The notes: generated from the letters alone by a model not told the origin. Counted from the stretch's first letter, positions 1 through 12,385 are shown. The stretch: 64,000 nt of DNA from Chiloscyllium plagiosum (GCF_004010195.1 NC_057750.1:14989273-15053272), one strand, 5' to 3'. A program made the numbers and translations.

Positions 1-228
1 TTTTTTTCTTTTTACACAGTGGTTCATGTGTGGAATGAACATCCAGAGGAAGTGGTGGATACGGCTACAGTTACTACATTTAAAAGATTTTTCGATAAGT
101 ACATGAGTAAGAAATGTTTGGAGGGATATGGACCAAGTGCGGGCATTAGGGACTAGTTTAATTTGGGATTATGTTCGTCATGGACTGGTTAGATGGAAGG
201 GTCTGTTTCTGTGCGGTATGACTCTACT
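1..228 (+). mobile_element. CR1/HER1-type LINE 3' end
   Basis: Typical shark CR1 tail (tggaatgaac..gaggaagtggtgga..gagggatatggacc..gggtctgtttctgtg..tatgactcta), also seen at 5200-5425, 54690-55000 and 60090-60270. Confidence 0.8.
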
Positions 229-454
229 CCACACTAGAGTTGGACATCCTGTCACCCTTGTAGTCTGTTGACTCCCTTGCAAGTCACTGACAATGGAGCA
301 GGGTTCATTTTTGAGCCTCTGAAAGTCGCTGATTTTGGTGAACAGACTATTCTTGAGCAAGTAGATGCCTTTGATACATTCTGAGGTGTGAGAATGGGAT
401 GGGGGACATCTGAACGGATTCGGCTCTGAGAGTGATGAGGGTCTCCCTCTTCAG

Positions 455-618
455 GTGTTAGTGGATGAACAGGTGCTGGAGACAGACAGATCCTGCATAA
501 TGTGTCCTCCATTTCAGACCAGCCTGATGGATTGGCGATGGCATCAGGACCATGGGGCTGTAGGAGAAACCGGCGGATCCATGGTGAATGGATGTATGAC
601 TCCAGCACAACACAGCAG
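455..618 (+). CDS. Candidate upstream coding exon of the KASH gene (VLVDEQVLETD...TPAQHS)
   Basis: Acceptor ctccctcttcag, donor CAG|gtgaga, open frame, phase 0->2 compatible with 2478. No recognisable homology. Confidence 0.3.
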
Positions 619-1112
619 GTGAGAACAATACTGCTCAGCTAAGTCCTGAGTTGCCAGTGTTGTTGTTATTAATGTGAAGGAAAACCTCCAAAGCCAAGTG
701 CTTTTCTCCTTGTTTGCTGAGGTAAGGTGATGACTCCCATCTGTAGAGAGGGACGCTCCTCAGTAATGTGACCTTTTGTGTCTAACCTTCAGTACATAAA
801 GGGTTTGTACAGAGACCTCAGCTGCATAGGGAACCTGGCTTGTCCTGAACCTGTTTAGCAAGGACCATCCTGACCAGCCTCATTCCAAACCTGCTATTGG
901 ATAGACTGAGTTTGTCATGGGCTGGTTAGTGGCTTCTTGTCTTCCTGAGAAGACGCAATACAGAGGTTAGGTGTCCTAGGCAAAAGCATGACAGTGAAAT
1001 GGTGAGGTTATGCACTTTTGGCAGGAAGACTAAAGGAGCTGAATGTTAAATAAATGGGGGTGGGGGGGCAAGCGGGAGGGGGAAGACTGCAGAAAGCTAT
1101 GAAGGATTTTGG

Positions 1113-1440
1113 GGGAGGTGATGGCTTAGTGGTATTATCACCAGGCTATTAATCCAAACTGAGTGTCTGGGGACCTGGGTACAAACCTTGCCACAGCAGA
1201 TGGTGGAACTTGAATTCAATAAAAAGCTAGAATTAAGAGTTTGATGACCATGGAACTGTTGTCAGAAAAAAACAATCTGTTTCACTAATATCCTTTAGGG
1301 AAGAAATCTGTTGTCCTTACCTGGTCTAGCCTACATGTGACTCTAGACCCACAACAATGTGGTTGACTCTGAACTGTCCTCTGGGCAATTAGGGATGGGC
1401 AGTAAATACTGCCCTAAGCAGCGATGCCCTCATCCTGTGA
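1113..1440 (+). mobile_element. tRNA-derived SINE, SacSINE1/Deu-domain-like
   Basis: A-box-like tggcttagtgg, central gatgaccatggaac..ggttcactaat..ccttacctggtct..actgtcctctg, tail gggcaattagggatgggca. Related copies at about 14250-14585, 14690-14960, 31030-31580 and 53630-53930. Confidence 0.6.
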
Positions 1441-2294
1441 CTTCTGTTGGTTCACAAATTGTTGTCTGATTGTTCACAAAATTTGGAATATCCAATGAAA
1501 TTAAAGTGAATCTTTTGTGGCGAGTTGATTCTGAAAGTGATCCTTGTGATTACACCAGAGCCACAGTGACAGAAGTGATTTGTCAAAGACAATGAATTTG
1601 AAGTTTGCAAGATGGTTTAATGTTTGGTTAAAATGTTGAGCGATTCATTCATTCAATGTACATGCCACACTGCGTTTTTAATTTGAATTACTTATTTTGG
1701 TCAAATTTCTCCACCAACGCTAACATTGGTGTTGTAATCTGCATGTGAGTTGATGCCCATTTTTGGGTATGATATGTCATGGGTTCAAAGGTTAACTTTG
1801 TGCATCTTGATTTATGATACCTGGGCAAGTTTCCATGTTGTTGGGTAAAGGCCAGTGTTGGAACAATACTGGGGAGGTGTGGCTCAGACCCTGGCTAATT
1901 CTGGAGGACGACTACACTGCTGTAACTAGAGTGTTGTCATGAACCGGGTTATATCCAGGAGGGAATAGAATTGGCTGAAGATCGGAACCTGAGATGGTAG
2001 GAGGAAGTTAAGGTGGGTCATCAACGCGACACTGCTGGTTGAAGGTGGTTGCAAAGCTTTCAGCCTTGTATTTTAATAACAGAGGGACAGGAGCAGGGAG
2101 TTCAACCTGTCGGGCCTTACTCTGCCATGTCATTAAATCATTGACCAATTGTCCACCACAGTGCCAGTTTGTTTGTTTAATTGAAATGAAATTCCCCAGT
2201 TGCTTATAGGACTTGATTGTATCTCTGGATCGTTTGTTCATGCTTTGAGGTGAGTGGTTCTATAACATCAGCAATTCAGTATCTGGTGTGTGTC

Positions 2295-2470
2295 CAGCTC
2301 TCTGTCTGTCTCTCTCTCTTTCTCTGTTTCTCTGTCTGTCTCTCTTGCTTGTGTCCAGCTCTCTGTCTCTCTCTGTCTGTCTGTCTATCTGTCTCTGATT
2401 TTCTCCGGCTGCCTGACACACACACTTTCTCTCCACCTCGCTCTCTCATTCATGTTTGTCTCTCTCACCC
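2295..2470. repeat. CT/CTGT-rich simple repeat
   Basis: Degenerate (tctc/tctg)n tract, directly upstream of a candidate acceptor ctcctag at 2477. Confidence 0.85.
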
Positions 2471-2477
2471 CTCCTAG

Positions 2478-2680
2478 CTGTCTGACTCTCTATCCATCCT
2501 ATCCCACTGCCCCCCAGCCGCCTCCCACTCTGGCTGTGCTGCTCACTGTGCTCACTACTGTTACTGTTTCCCCCCAGATGGATGTGGGCTGTCAGTGCGA
2601 CTCTGAAGTTAACACAGTATCAGGTGACTACGGTCCTCTGTTTGACACCCAGTTGCAAGTCAGAGACAGACTCTCCTGTG
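2478..2680 (+). CDS. Candidate internal coding exon of the KASH gene (CLTLYP...MDVGCQCDSE...DRLSC)
   Basis: Long polypyrimidine tract plus AG at 2476-2477, donor G|gtaagg at 2681, open frame, phase 2->1. Alternative sites at 2578, 2731 and 2862 make the model uncertain. Confidence 0.3.
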
Positions 2681-3362
2681 GTAAGGGAATGCTCCTCTCT
2701 ATGTCTGTCTCTTTCCCCTATCCACTGCAGTCAACTGAACACTACACATCAGGCACAAGGGAACGGGCGACTGGATTGGAAGGGGTCCAGAGGTCATGGG
2801 GGCTCAGGGCAGGAGAGAAAGAAGAGAGAGAGAGACCTCTTGCTGAGAATGGGAGAATTTAGGTGTGTGGAGGGAACACTGAGGGTTCCAGTGGGAGAAC
2901 CCAGAGGTTTGAGGTAGGATCTAGTGGTGGGAGTGGGGAGTGTAGAGAGTAAGGCATGGGATAGATTTACATTTGTGGATCTTTTCGGAGGGAGGTTCCA
3001 GGGAGGGGAGTCCGTGGTGAAGGGGGACGGTCTGTCTGAAATAATGTGATTTATAGGATTTTGAAAGAAGCATCAAAATTCCCACTATTTATCCTTTTGG
3101 CCCTTTGTTTGCCACAGATTGCCTGCAGTTCCTGATTGATGCAAACATACACTTGATTCCACCTATCCATTGCTCTCCCTGTCTGGCCATTGGCTCAGTT
3201 TGATCCTCTATTCCACTTCCTTGGCTCCATGAGTTGCAGACTTGAAAGAATCTGGCAGAATACTGTCTCACCTGGCCACGGCCAGATTTGGACAGATCCC
3301 CACTGTGTCTTTCCCAACTGTTAAAAATAATTATCTGTTTGATCCCATTCCCCTCTCTCAGT

Positions 3363-3621
3363 GCAGAAAGAGGCCATCCAGCCGATCAAGTCTGCACTGA
3401 CGCTCCAAAGGGCATCCCACCCATACCCACCCCTATCTTACCCCCCATAACCTTGTATTTATCATGACTAACCCACCAGGCCTGTACATCATCAGATACT
3501 AATGGGCAATTTAGCAAGGCCAATATGGGAGGAAACCGGAGCACCCGACAGAAACCCACACAGACGGTCACCCAAGAGTCCCCGGTGCTGTGAGGCAGCA
3601 GTGTTAACCACTGTGCCGCCC
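3363..3621 (-). mobile_element. HE1-type SINE (internally deleted)
   Basis: Reverse complement of ggcacagtggttaacactgctgcctcacagc and of cgggtgctccggtttcctccc. Confidence 0.8.
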
Positions 3622-3814
3622 ATATTACAAACGCTTTTTAATATGTACCCACCACCATTTCAGTCGGTACATTTCATGTCATCAGTGTTTTTAAAATTAA
3701 AAACCTTCTCCTCTCCTCTGGACCTTTTCCCAATGATCAGAAATTGATATCCTCTGATTACTGACCGTTCTGTTACAGGAAATAGTAAGCCCTTATTTAC
3801 TGTCAAAAGCTTCC

Positions 3815-5428
3815 TGCAAAACGTTTGCGTCAGTATTTACAGTGGAGAAAGATGTGGAAGCTAGGGAACTCAAAATAAATAGTGATGTCTTGAAAAGAGT
3901 CCACAATACAGAAAAGGTGGTGCTGGAGGTCATAAAGGTAGATACATCCCTGGGACCTGATCAAGTGTATCCCAGGACATTGAGGGAAGCTAGGGAAGAA
4001 TTGCAGAGCCCCTAGCAGAGAACTTTGTAGCCACGAGTGAGGTGTCAGAAGTCTGGAGGGTGGGTAATGCTGTGTCGTTGTTTGAGAAGTTGCAAGGCAA
4101 AACCAGGGAACTACAGACCAGTGAGTCTAACGTCAGTGTGTTTAAGTCGTTCGACAGGATTCTGAGAGACAGGATCTATATGAATTTGGAAAGGCAAGGA
4201 TTGATTAGGGATAGTCAACATGGCTTTGTGCATGTCTAACAAAATTTTAGTTTTTTTTTTGAGATCACACGAGAAGGTAGACGAAGGAAGAGCAGTAGAC
4301 ATTGTCTACATTGGATTTAGCAAGGCCTTCAACAAGGTTCCATGTTGTAGTCTGGTTAGTAAGGTTAGGTTACATGTGAACCAGGGAGAGCTAGCCAACT
4401 GGATACAAAATTGGCTTGATGGTAGGAGACAGAGGGTGATGGTGGAGGGTTGTTGCTCAGACTAGAAGCCTGTGACCAGCGGTGTGCCACAAGGATTGGT
4501 GCTAGGTCCACTGATGTTCATTGTTTAAATAAATAATTTCAATGAGGATATAGGAGGCATTGTTTGTAAATTTGCAAATGACATCAAAGATATCTAAGAG
4601 TACAATGATGTACAATGATCAACTGGGTGAGGGAGCTGAGGAATGGCAAATGACGTTCAATTTAGACACTGCAAGGTGTTGTGTTTTGGTAAGACAAATC
4701 AGGCCAGGACTTCCACAGTTAATGATAGGGCCTTGAACAGTGTCAGAAAGACCCAGGGGTGCAGGTTCATAGTTCCTTGGAAGTGGCATCACAGCTGGGG
4801 TAGAAGGCATTTGACACACTTTCTTTCATCGGTCAGAGTACTGAATATAGGAGTTGGGACTTTGTTAGATCTGTACCAGATATTGGTAAGACCACATCTG
4901 GAGTATTGTGGACAATTCTGGTCACCCTGCTAATAGGAAGGATGCTATTAAACTGGAAAAGGTGTAAAAAAGATTTTACAAGCATGTTACCAAGACTGGG
5001 GGTTTGAGTTATAAGGAGGTTGAATAGGCTGGGACTTTTTCTCATGGAGCATAGGAGGCTGAGAGATGATCTTAGAGGTTTATAAAATCATGAGGGGCGT
5101 GGATAAGGTGAATAGCCAAGGTCTTGTCCCCAGTGTAGGGGAGTCCAAAACTAGAGGGCTTAGGTTTAAGATGAGAGTGGAAAGATTTAAAGGGACCTGC
5201 AGGGAAACTTGTTCACACAGAGGGTGGTGCATGTATGAAATGAGCTGCCAGAGGAAATGGTGGAAGTGGGTACAATGGTAACATTTAGACAAGGTACATG
5301 GATAGGAAAGGTTTCGAGGGATATGGGGTAAAGGCAGGCACATGGAACTAGTTCAGTTTCGGAAACCAGGTTGACGTGGATAAATTGGGCTGAAGGGTCT
5401 GTTTCTGTGCTGTATATTTCTAACTCCT
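3815..5428 (+). mobile_element. CR1-type LINE, ORF2 RT region to 3' end, degraded
   Basis: Peptides SQHGFV, VDIVYIGFSKAFNKVP, WIQNWLDGRRQRV, LVRPHLEYCGQFWSP; CR1 tail. Confidence 0.9.
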
Positions 5429-5503
5429 TGCCTGGGGTTAGAAACATTATCCATACCCTCTTGAGGATGTTTTAAACCCCTTTACTGTACCCTTTGTCAC
5501 CAT

Positions 5504-5675
5504 GGAAAAGCGCAGTAGGTCAGGCAGCATCCAAGGAGCAGGGGAATCGACATTTCGGGCATGAGCCCTTCCGAAATGTCGATTCTCCTGCTTCTTGGAT
5601 GCTGCCTGACATGCTGCACTTTTCCAGCAATAAAGTTTCGGCTCTGATCTCCAGCATCTGCAGTCCTCACTTTCT
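5504..5675 (-). mobile_element. Short fold-back (palindromic) element, family B
   Basis: Arms ggaaaagcgcagtaggtcaggcagcatccaagg.. and ..ttggatgctgcctgacatgctgcacttttcc; TSD cctttgtcaccat at 5491-5503 and 5676-5688. Confidence 0.8.
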
Positions 5676-5854
5676 CCTTTGTCACCATCCCTTTTTTAAA
5701 TTTGATTTTCTCAATCTTCCTTGACAGCCATACTGAGGACGATGGGAACAATGAGACAAACAAATTTTGGGAATTGGGACATGGAAATCAAGCAGAGCCC
5801 ATAACAGAGTTGGCCAATGCCAGTAGATCACAGCATTGATGTCTTTATCTCCAG

Positions 5855-6039
5855 ATGTCGCTGATGCTGTTGAAAAGCCACTCACTGGGAAACTGAGGAA
5901 GAGGAACGGACTCCAGACGTGGCAACAAGAGGCAACGAGAGAGTGGCCAGGACGAAGCCACTCAGACTGGTTCCAAAGTCAGAGGGTGGGCCCCAAGGCA
6001 AGGGCCAGATACGTGAAGCAGTGGCTTCGAATGCTGGAG
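5855..6039 (+). CDS. Candidate internal coding exon of the KASH gene (VADAVEKPL...VKQWLRMLE)
   Basis: Acceptor gtctttatctccag, donor GAG|gtcagt, phase 1->0 matching the exon at 11275, part of ORF 5836-6162. A stronger acceptor at 5727 gives in-frame stops. Confidence 0.4.
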
Positions 6040-7006
6040 GTCAGTGAAGGTCAAACTTCCATTTACTACCTCATGTTTTCATCATTGGGATACAGCTCCC
6101 CCCTACGTGCCTCGTTCCTCATTGGGGCCGCACCTCACCTGTACGCATACTGCTGGGGGTAAGGTTCCTCCCTATGCGCATTGTCCCTGGCTGGGGGGAT
6201 GGTACAGCTTCTCCCCCCCCCCCCTCCCAGTGCCCCCCTCTCCTCCCTTCCCACACCCCCCAATGCGCCAGCTCTCTTTGGTGGGCAGAGCTACAATGGG
6301 CACTTAAAGCAGAACTTTATTAGATACATTCAAGGCTTTTGAGGGGAGTGAGGTAGAAAGTATGGGGGTACTTGCCTGGACTCAGGAGAGGTGCCCTAAG
6401 ACTGGAGAATTGCAAACATTAAAGCCTTTTCCAGAAAGGTTAAAATGATAACCCCAGCCATTAAGGACAAGTTTGACTTCGGTAGAGTGGAAACTTCTAG
6501 AAGCTATTATTTAGGTCGGAATGAGTGTTCACGTTTGCAAAAAATGGTTTGTTTAGGGAGAGTCAGCACTTATTTCTAAAGGGGAAATCTTGTTTGACCA
6601 ACTTGCTGGAGTCTTTTGAAGAGAGAACAGGCTCGATGTGGATTGATATGTTTTATGTGACTTTTCTGAAGGCATTTGCTAAGAGCCATACTATATAGAC
6701 CTTGAGGAAAGTTGCAGGCCACTGAATAAAAAGGACAGTTGCAAAGTGGATTTAAAAAAAACTGGCAGAGTGATATGAAATAGAGAATGGTGTACAATGG
6801 ATATTTTTCAGGCTGGAGGAAGGTTTGTAATGGAGTTTCCCAGAGATTGGTATTAAGGGCTCGTGTTTTTTCTGATATAGATTAATGACCTGGATCTGGT
6901 GTGCAGGGGACAATATGCCTTTGCAAACTTTGTTTAAACTTGGAAGAACTTTATTGAATGTGGAACTCCAAAAGGACATTGACAAGTTGATGGAGTGGGT
7001 GAACAT

Positions 7007-7315
7007 GTGGCACAGTGTTTAGCACTGCTACCTCACAGCGCCAGAGACCCGGGTTCAATTCCCACCTCAGGTGACTGTGTGGAGTTTGCGCATTCTCCCC
7101 GTGACTGTGTGGGTTCCCTCCGGGTGCTCCGGTTTCCTCCCACAGTCCAAAAATGTGCAGGTCAGGTGAACTGGCCATGCTAAATTGCCCGTAGTGTTAG
7201 GTGCAGGGGTAAACATAGGGGAATGGGTCTGGTTGGGTGTGCTTCGGCGGGTCGGTGTGGACTTGTTGGGCCGAAGGGCCTGTTTCCACACTGTAAGTAA
7301 TCTAATCTAATCTAA
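7007..7315 (+). mobile_element. HE1-type SINE
   Basis: A box tggcacagtg, B box gggttcaattccc, core cgggtgctccggtttcctcccacagtcc, tail (taatc)n. Confidence 0.9.
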
Positions 7316-7679
7316 TGAAGTTCAATGCAGAGATGTATCAGGTGAAGCACTTTGGTCAGGAGAATATTGAAAGAGAATATAAAATAGGTGGTCCAATTTT
7401 GAAGAGGGTATGGGAGCAGAGGAACGTCTGTCTGTGTGTGTGTCTGTGAATGTAACTGAGGGTTACAGGACAGCTGGTGTGAGGAGTCAATACAGCATAA
7501 TGTATTTAGCTTTATTAATCGGGGCAAGAGCAGGGAGATGATACTAAAACTGTACAACTTCTGGAGAATGAGTATTGTGGACAGTTGTTGGCCCCTTCTT
7601 TGTTGGAAAGATGTGAATGTGCTGGGAGTGTGGGAATAGAAATGGTTTGCAAGAATAATTCCAGAAATGCAGAACTTCA

Positions 7680-8016
7680 GTTAGAATCCCTACAGTGTGG
7701 AAACAGGCCCTTCAGCTCAACAAGTCCACACCAACCCTTCGGAGAATATCCAACTCAAACCCGTTCCCCTACCCTGTTAGTCTACTTTTTACCCCTGACT
7801 ACACCTAACCTACGCATCTCTGAACATTATGGTCAATTTAATGTGGCCAATTCACCTAATCTGCACGTCTTTGCACTGTGGGAGGAAACCAGAGCACGTG
7901 GAGGAAACCCACACAGACCCAGAGAAATGTGCAAACTCCACACCCGAGGCTGGAATTGAACGCAGGTTGCTGGTGCTGTGAGACAACATTGCTCACCACT
8001 GAGCCACCTTGCCGCC
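7680..8016 (-). mobile_element. HE1-type SINE
   Basis: Reverse complement of the same element (ttagaatccctacagtgtggaaacaggccc...actgagccacc). Confidence 0.85.
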
Positions 8017-8411
8017 CTTGTGAGGACAGATTGGAGTTGGCACTGTTGTCGAGATGAGATCTGACTGAAGTTTTCAAAGTCACAAGCGGGTTAGAGAGAG
8101 TAGATAGGGAGAAGCTATTCCCCCTCGCAAAAGAAACAAGAACAAAAAGGCATAGATTAAAAGTGATGTGCAAATGAAGCAAGGGTGATGTGAGGGGGGA
8201 AAAGAAACATTTTCACACGGTGAGTAGTTAGGGTCTGGAATGCACCCTCTGGAAAAGTGGAGGCAGGTTCCATTGAGATATTCTTAAAGGGCAGTATATT
8301 GTTTGGTATGCAGGCTTATAGGGAAAAAGCAGGAGATTGGGACTAAGTAACAAAAACAGTCCAGGAATAATGGGCCAATTGGCATCTTTGTGTTGTAAAA
8401 ATTCTGTGATT

Positions 8412-9675
8412 ATAGAGTCAGACTTGTAAAGCATGGGAACAACAGACCTTACAGTCCATATCATCCATGATAACCTGATTTTCCTAAACTGATTCAGTCC
8501 GATTTACCTGAATATGGCCCGATCCCTCTTAAACCCTTCCTATTCACGTACCCATCCAGATGCCTTTTAAATGTTCTAACTGTACCAGCCTAGACCACCA
8601 CCTCTGGCAGCCCATTCCGCACACACACCACTCTCTGTGTGAAATAGTTGCCCCTTAGGTCTCTTTTATATCTTTCCCCTCTCACCCTGAACCTATGCCC
8701 TTTAGTTATGGGCTCATCCCAACCCAGGGAAAAGACCTTGTCTATTTACCCTGTCCATGCCCCTCATGATTTTATAAACCTCTATAAGGTCACCCCTCAG
8801 CCTCCGATGCTCCAGGAAAAAACAGCCTCAGCCTATTCAGCCTCTCCCTATAACTCAAACACTCCAACCCTGGCAACATCCTTGTAAATCTTTTCTGAAC
8901 CCTTTCAAGTTTCACAACATCTTTCCTATAGCAGGGAGACCAGAATGCAGTATTCCATAAGTGGCTTCACCAATGTCCTGTACAGTGCAACATGACATCC
9001 CAGCTCCTACAGTTGACGCACTGACCAATAAAGGCAAGTGTACCAAATGCCTTCCACACCCTATCTACCTACAACTCCCCTTTCAGAGAACTATGTGCCC
9101 GCACCCCTAAGTCTCTTTGTTCAGCAACACTCCCTAGGATCTTACCATTAAGTATATACGTCCTGACCTGATTTGCCTTTCTAAAATGTAACATCTCACA
9201 TTTATCTAAATTAAACTCCATCTACCAATCCTCAGTCCATTGGCCCATTTGTGGGTGGCATGGTGGCACAGTGGTTAGCACTGTTACCTCACAGCGCCAG
9301 AGACCCGGGTTCAATTTCTGCTTCAGGAGACTCTGTGTGGAGTTTGCACATTCTCCCCGTGTCTGCCTGGGTTTCCTCCGGGTGCTCCGGTTTCCTCCCA
9401 CAATCCAAAAATGTGCAGGTTAGGTGAATTGGCCATGCTAAATTGCCCGTAGTGTTAGGTGAAGGGGTAAATGTAGGGGAATGGGTCTGGGTGGGTTGCG
9501 CTTCGGTGGGTCGGTGTGGACTTGTCAGGCCGAAGGGCCTGTTTCCACACTGTAAGTAATCTAATCTGTTCACTCTGAGATTAGCACCTTCACTGGCCAG
9601 TACACTGCCAAGTTGGTGTCATCTGCAAACTTACTAACCATACGTCCTACATTCACATCCAAAATCAGTTATATA
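8412..9675 (-). mobile_element. CR1-type LINE 3' portion, HE1 inserted at 9253-9567
   Basis: Reverse complement of the CR1 tail (atagagtca..., aaacccttcctattca, gattttataaacctctataaggtcacccctc) and of the KFADDTK-type motif (ggtgtcatctgcaaactt). Confidence 0.85.
9253..9567 (+). mobile_element. HE1-type SINE
   Basis: gggtggcatggtggcacagtggttagcact...gggcctgtttccacactgtaagtaatctaatct. Confidence 0.9.
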
Positions 9676-10149
9676 AGAAAGGGATTCCAAAGGGACATCT
9701 TAATGATGGAGTAGAAATTGGGAGCTAAGGTCTTGGCTTCATGGCTGGGAACTGGGTTCTGAGGGCTGCAATTGGGACTGAGACCCAATTAGTGCATCCT
9801 TTGAAGTAACGAAAGAGTATGGACATGGGGAATATGGCAAAAAAAAGCATTTGGACTCTTAAGGCCAGCAACAGGTGCTGAGGTGTTTGGCTGAGGGCTG
9901 AGCTAAGACCTTATGGAGACAAGAGGAATAGCAGAATATCACACGCTAACCTGTTAACAGGGGTTAAAAGCAATTACTCAGATCAGGTAAACGGTGGAAG
10001 GTGTCCCACACGAACCATTTGTTTTACAGAAACTATTTGAAATCATGAATTAGAAGCCGTTTCAAACTTTGCTGATGAGATGATGATACAGGTTTCAACG
10101 TGGTAGTTTTTCTAAGAATAGGTCATGTGACCCCACTTTCTTCCCTTTG

Positions 10150-10375
10150 GGAGTGGTTAGCCTGAGGAATTCACTACCACAGCAAACAGTTGAGGTCAAA
10201 TGTTGTACGCCTTCAAGGAGGAGTTGGGTATAGCAATTGGGGCTAATGGGGATCAAAGGATATGGGTGAAAATCAGGAACAGGCGATTGAGTTGAATGAT
10301 CAGTCATGATCATAATGAATGGCAGAGTGAACCGGAAAGGCCGAATGGTATATTCCTGTTCCTGTTTTCTGTGTT
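10150..10375 (+). mobile_element. CR1-type LINE 3' end
   Basis: ggggatcaaaggatatggg..gatcagtcatgatcataatgaatggcagag..ggccgaatgg..cctgttttctgtgtt. Confidence 0.7.
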
Positions 10376-11274
10376 ACTTAAGTAATCTGGCTGACTTGCT
10401 GATGTTGAACTATATATAGTCTTTGCACATATATAAGGGGAGGTGATTTTGCCATTTAGAAATTCAAACTTCACTGGGACCAGGGAGGAATCTGTTGATC
10501 CCATCTAATTTCATCAACATAACAGAACAGACTTGAGGGGTAGCTCGTTAGCATTTCTGCGTGGATCTAAGACCTATATGATTTACGTTGACATGGAGGT
10601 GGGTTTTGAGAGCGGGTCCACGGGATGCAATTTGTAGGGTCAGGTTACAGACTTTCCAAAAGAGATTCTTAAAACTCTCAGACCAGTCAGTCTACCAGGA
10701 TAAGTGTGTGTGAGAGAGAGAGAGAGAACACAGCGAGAGGCAGCCAGTTTCTACAGCACATTGTGCTGGAATGTGCCTGGGAGCTCAAACCCTGATTTGA
10801 AAAGACCAGTTCCTGGGGATTTAGAACGAGACTAGAGGATTTGTCTAACTCCCAACTAGAGGCAAAAGCTGCAGGAAAAACAAGTCATTCCAAGAGAATT
10901 GAATATTGCCTTAAAACAATAATTAGTCAATGTTGTCAGTTCTGGTTAGTTGTGGGGGGAGGCTGAGTATGGAAGATAGTAGACAGAGAGGATACAATGG
11001 GTGGTAAGGACAACACAGGAGAACTAGGTTGGTCAGAGAGGGAGAGGGGGTACAAGGGACAGTAGGCACAGGGAGAAGTGAGGCAGGAATGAAATTTTAG
11101 GGACAGGCGGGTATCAGACAATGGGTTTGGAAGGAAAAAGGAGGGAAGGGACATAGAACGAGAGAAAGGAAGGGCGATATAAGCTGGGATTGGATTGTCC
11201 AGATGAGGTCAGGGGAACTGTTGGTTTAATGGCATTTCCTTGAACCTCTGCCAATGCTTAATTTTTCCCAACAG

Positions 11275-11339
11275 CCCAAACAGAAGCTTAGCAAGAGAGG
11301 AACAACCACACTGGAAATGGCTACAGGACTTGACAGGCT
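11275..11339 (+). CDS. Penultimate coding exon of the KASH-domain gene (PKQKLSKRGTTTLEMATGLDRL)
   Basis: Acceptor aatttttcccaacag, donor CT|gtgagt; 65 nt, phase 0->2, splices in frame to the terminal exon at 12154. Confidence 0.65.
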
Positions 11340-12153
11340 GTGAGTAGAGATGTTTGTGTATTACAGCACAACAGAAGGCAACATGTCTGTGCAGACTGTT
11401 CCAAAGAATTGTTCATTTAGCCCCAGGCCCCCTGCAGCCTTCCACATTAGTCAGTAAGGAACAAAAAGGCTCCCAATGATAAATGTGGCCTTGAGATTCC
11501 TTATTTTTGGAGTTTTCGGGGTAACACTGGGGTCAACACTCTTTGAGATGTAGTTCCAAATTGGGAGCAGTTGGGGGGGTGGCTGGCTGTAAACCCTGAC
11601 TTCCTGCAACAGACAGCACCTCACTTGACTTCATGGGGCAGAAAGAGGGTGCCAGCGATAAACCTCGAATGCCACTGGTTGGAGCTGGAGTTTTCCCAGT
11701 AACCACTGATTTGAGGATGTTAGAACATTACGTCACCATGTAATGAAGTGGTCGTCTTTTGACCCTTACAGTCTTTTAACCCAGACGTCGATCACATTGG
11801 AAAATAGTCAAGGGTCCACACTGGGCAGCAGGTTAGATCATAGTGCCCAGTGATCCCGGAAGCATGGATGGGCACAGGAACAGGTGAGTGCTCTATTGCC
11901 CCTTGTACATCCTCTGTCCTACCTTTACAGCCACACTCTCTGTATCCACCATCGACCAACCAGGTGGAAAGACAATAAAGAAACTGCAGCCAGAGTCTTA
12001 CATGGGAGCCAGTATGTGTATGTTATTGAGGCTCTAGTGCTGCCAACTCAGTTTTGAGTGGGTACAAACTGGCACATGTTCAGTATTAATTGATCAATTA
12101 GTTTGATACCTCTCCTTGCTTAGGGTAATGCTCACTGTGTTGTGAATTTTCAG

Positions 12154-12385
12154 GCTACACCATCCATCCCCTCCTTCCATGGGGAGCAGATTGCCTTGTA
12201 CTGGTTCCACCCTGCCTCTCCTCCCTGTGGTTGTGGCCATCGTTCTGTCACTGGTGCTTGTGCTGCTGGCTGTAGTCCTCCTCGTTTTTCCCATTGTGAT
12301 CCAGGAGTGTAACTGGCACCGGAGAAATACCTTTCTACCGTTTCACTTCGCGCTGTCCTACCTTAATGGCCCCCCACCAACGTAA
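12154..12385 (+). CDS. SYNE4: Terminal coding exon of a KASH-domain nesprin, most like nesprin-4
   Basis: Acceptor gaattttcag. Encodes LHHPSPPSMGSRLPC..., a hydrophobic TM (LLPVVVAIVLSLVLVLLAVVLLVFP) and a short tail ECNWHRRNTFLPFHFALSYLNGPPPT*, with Tyr at -7, Leu at -9 and a PPPX end, the KASH hallmarks. The KASH call is strong; the SYNE4 name is inferred from LSYxNG, no Pro at -11, and linkage to PAF1. Confidence 0.7.

Larger units (their letters stand above)
6380..8410 (+). mobile_element. Old CR1-type LINE, interrupted by two HE1 SINEs
   Basis: Degenerate CR1 motifs (aaggggaaatcttgtttgaccaacttgctggag, ttaatgacctggat, gatctgactgaagttttcaaa, ttttcacacggtgagtagttagggtctggaatgc). Confidence 0.7.

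Noticed and set aside
7007..7075. tRNA gene
   Set aside because: tRNA-like A/B boxes are the head of an HE1 SINE; the same applies to all other copies.
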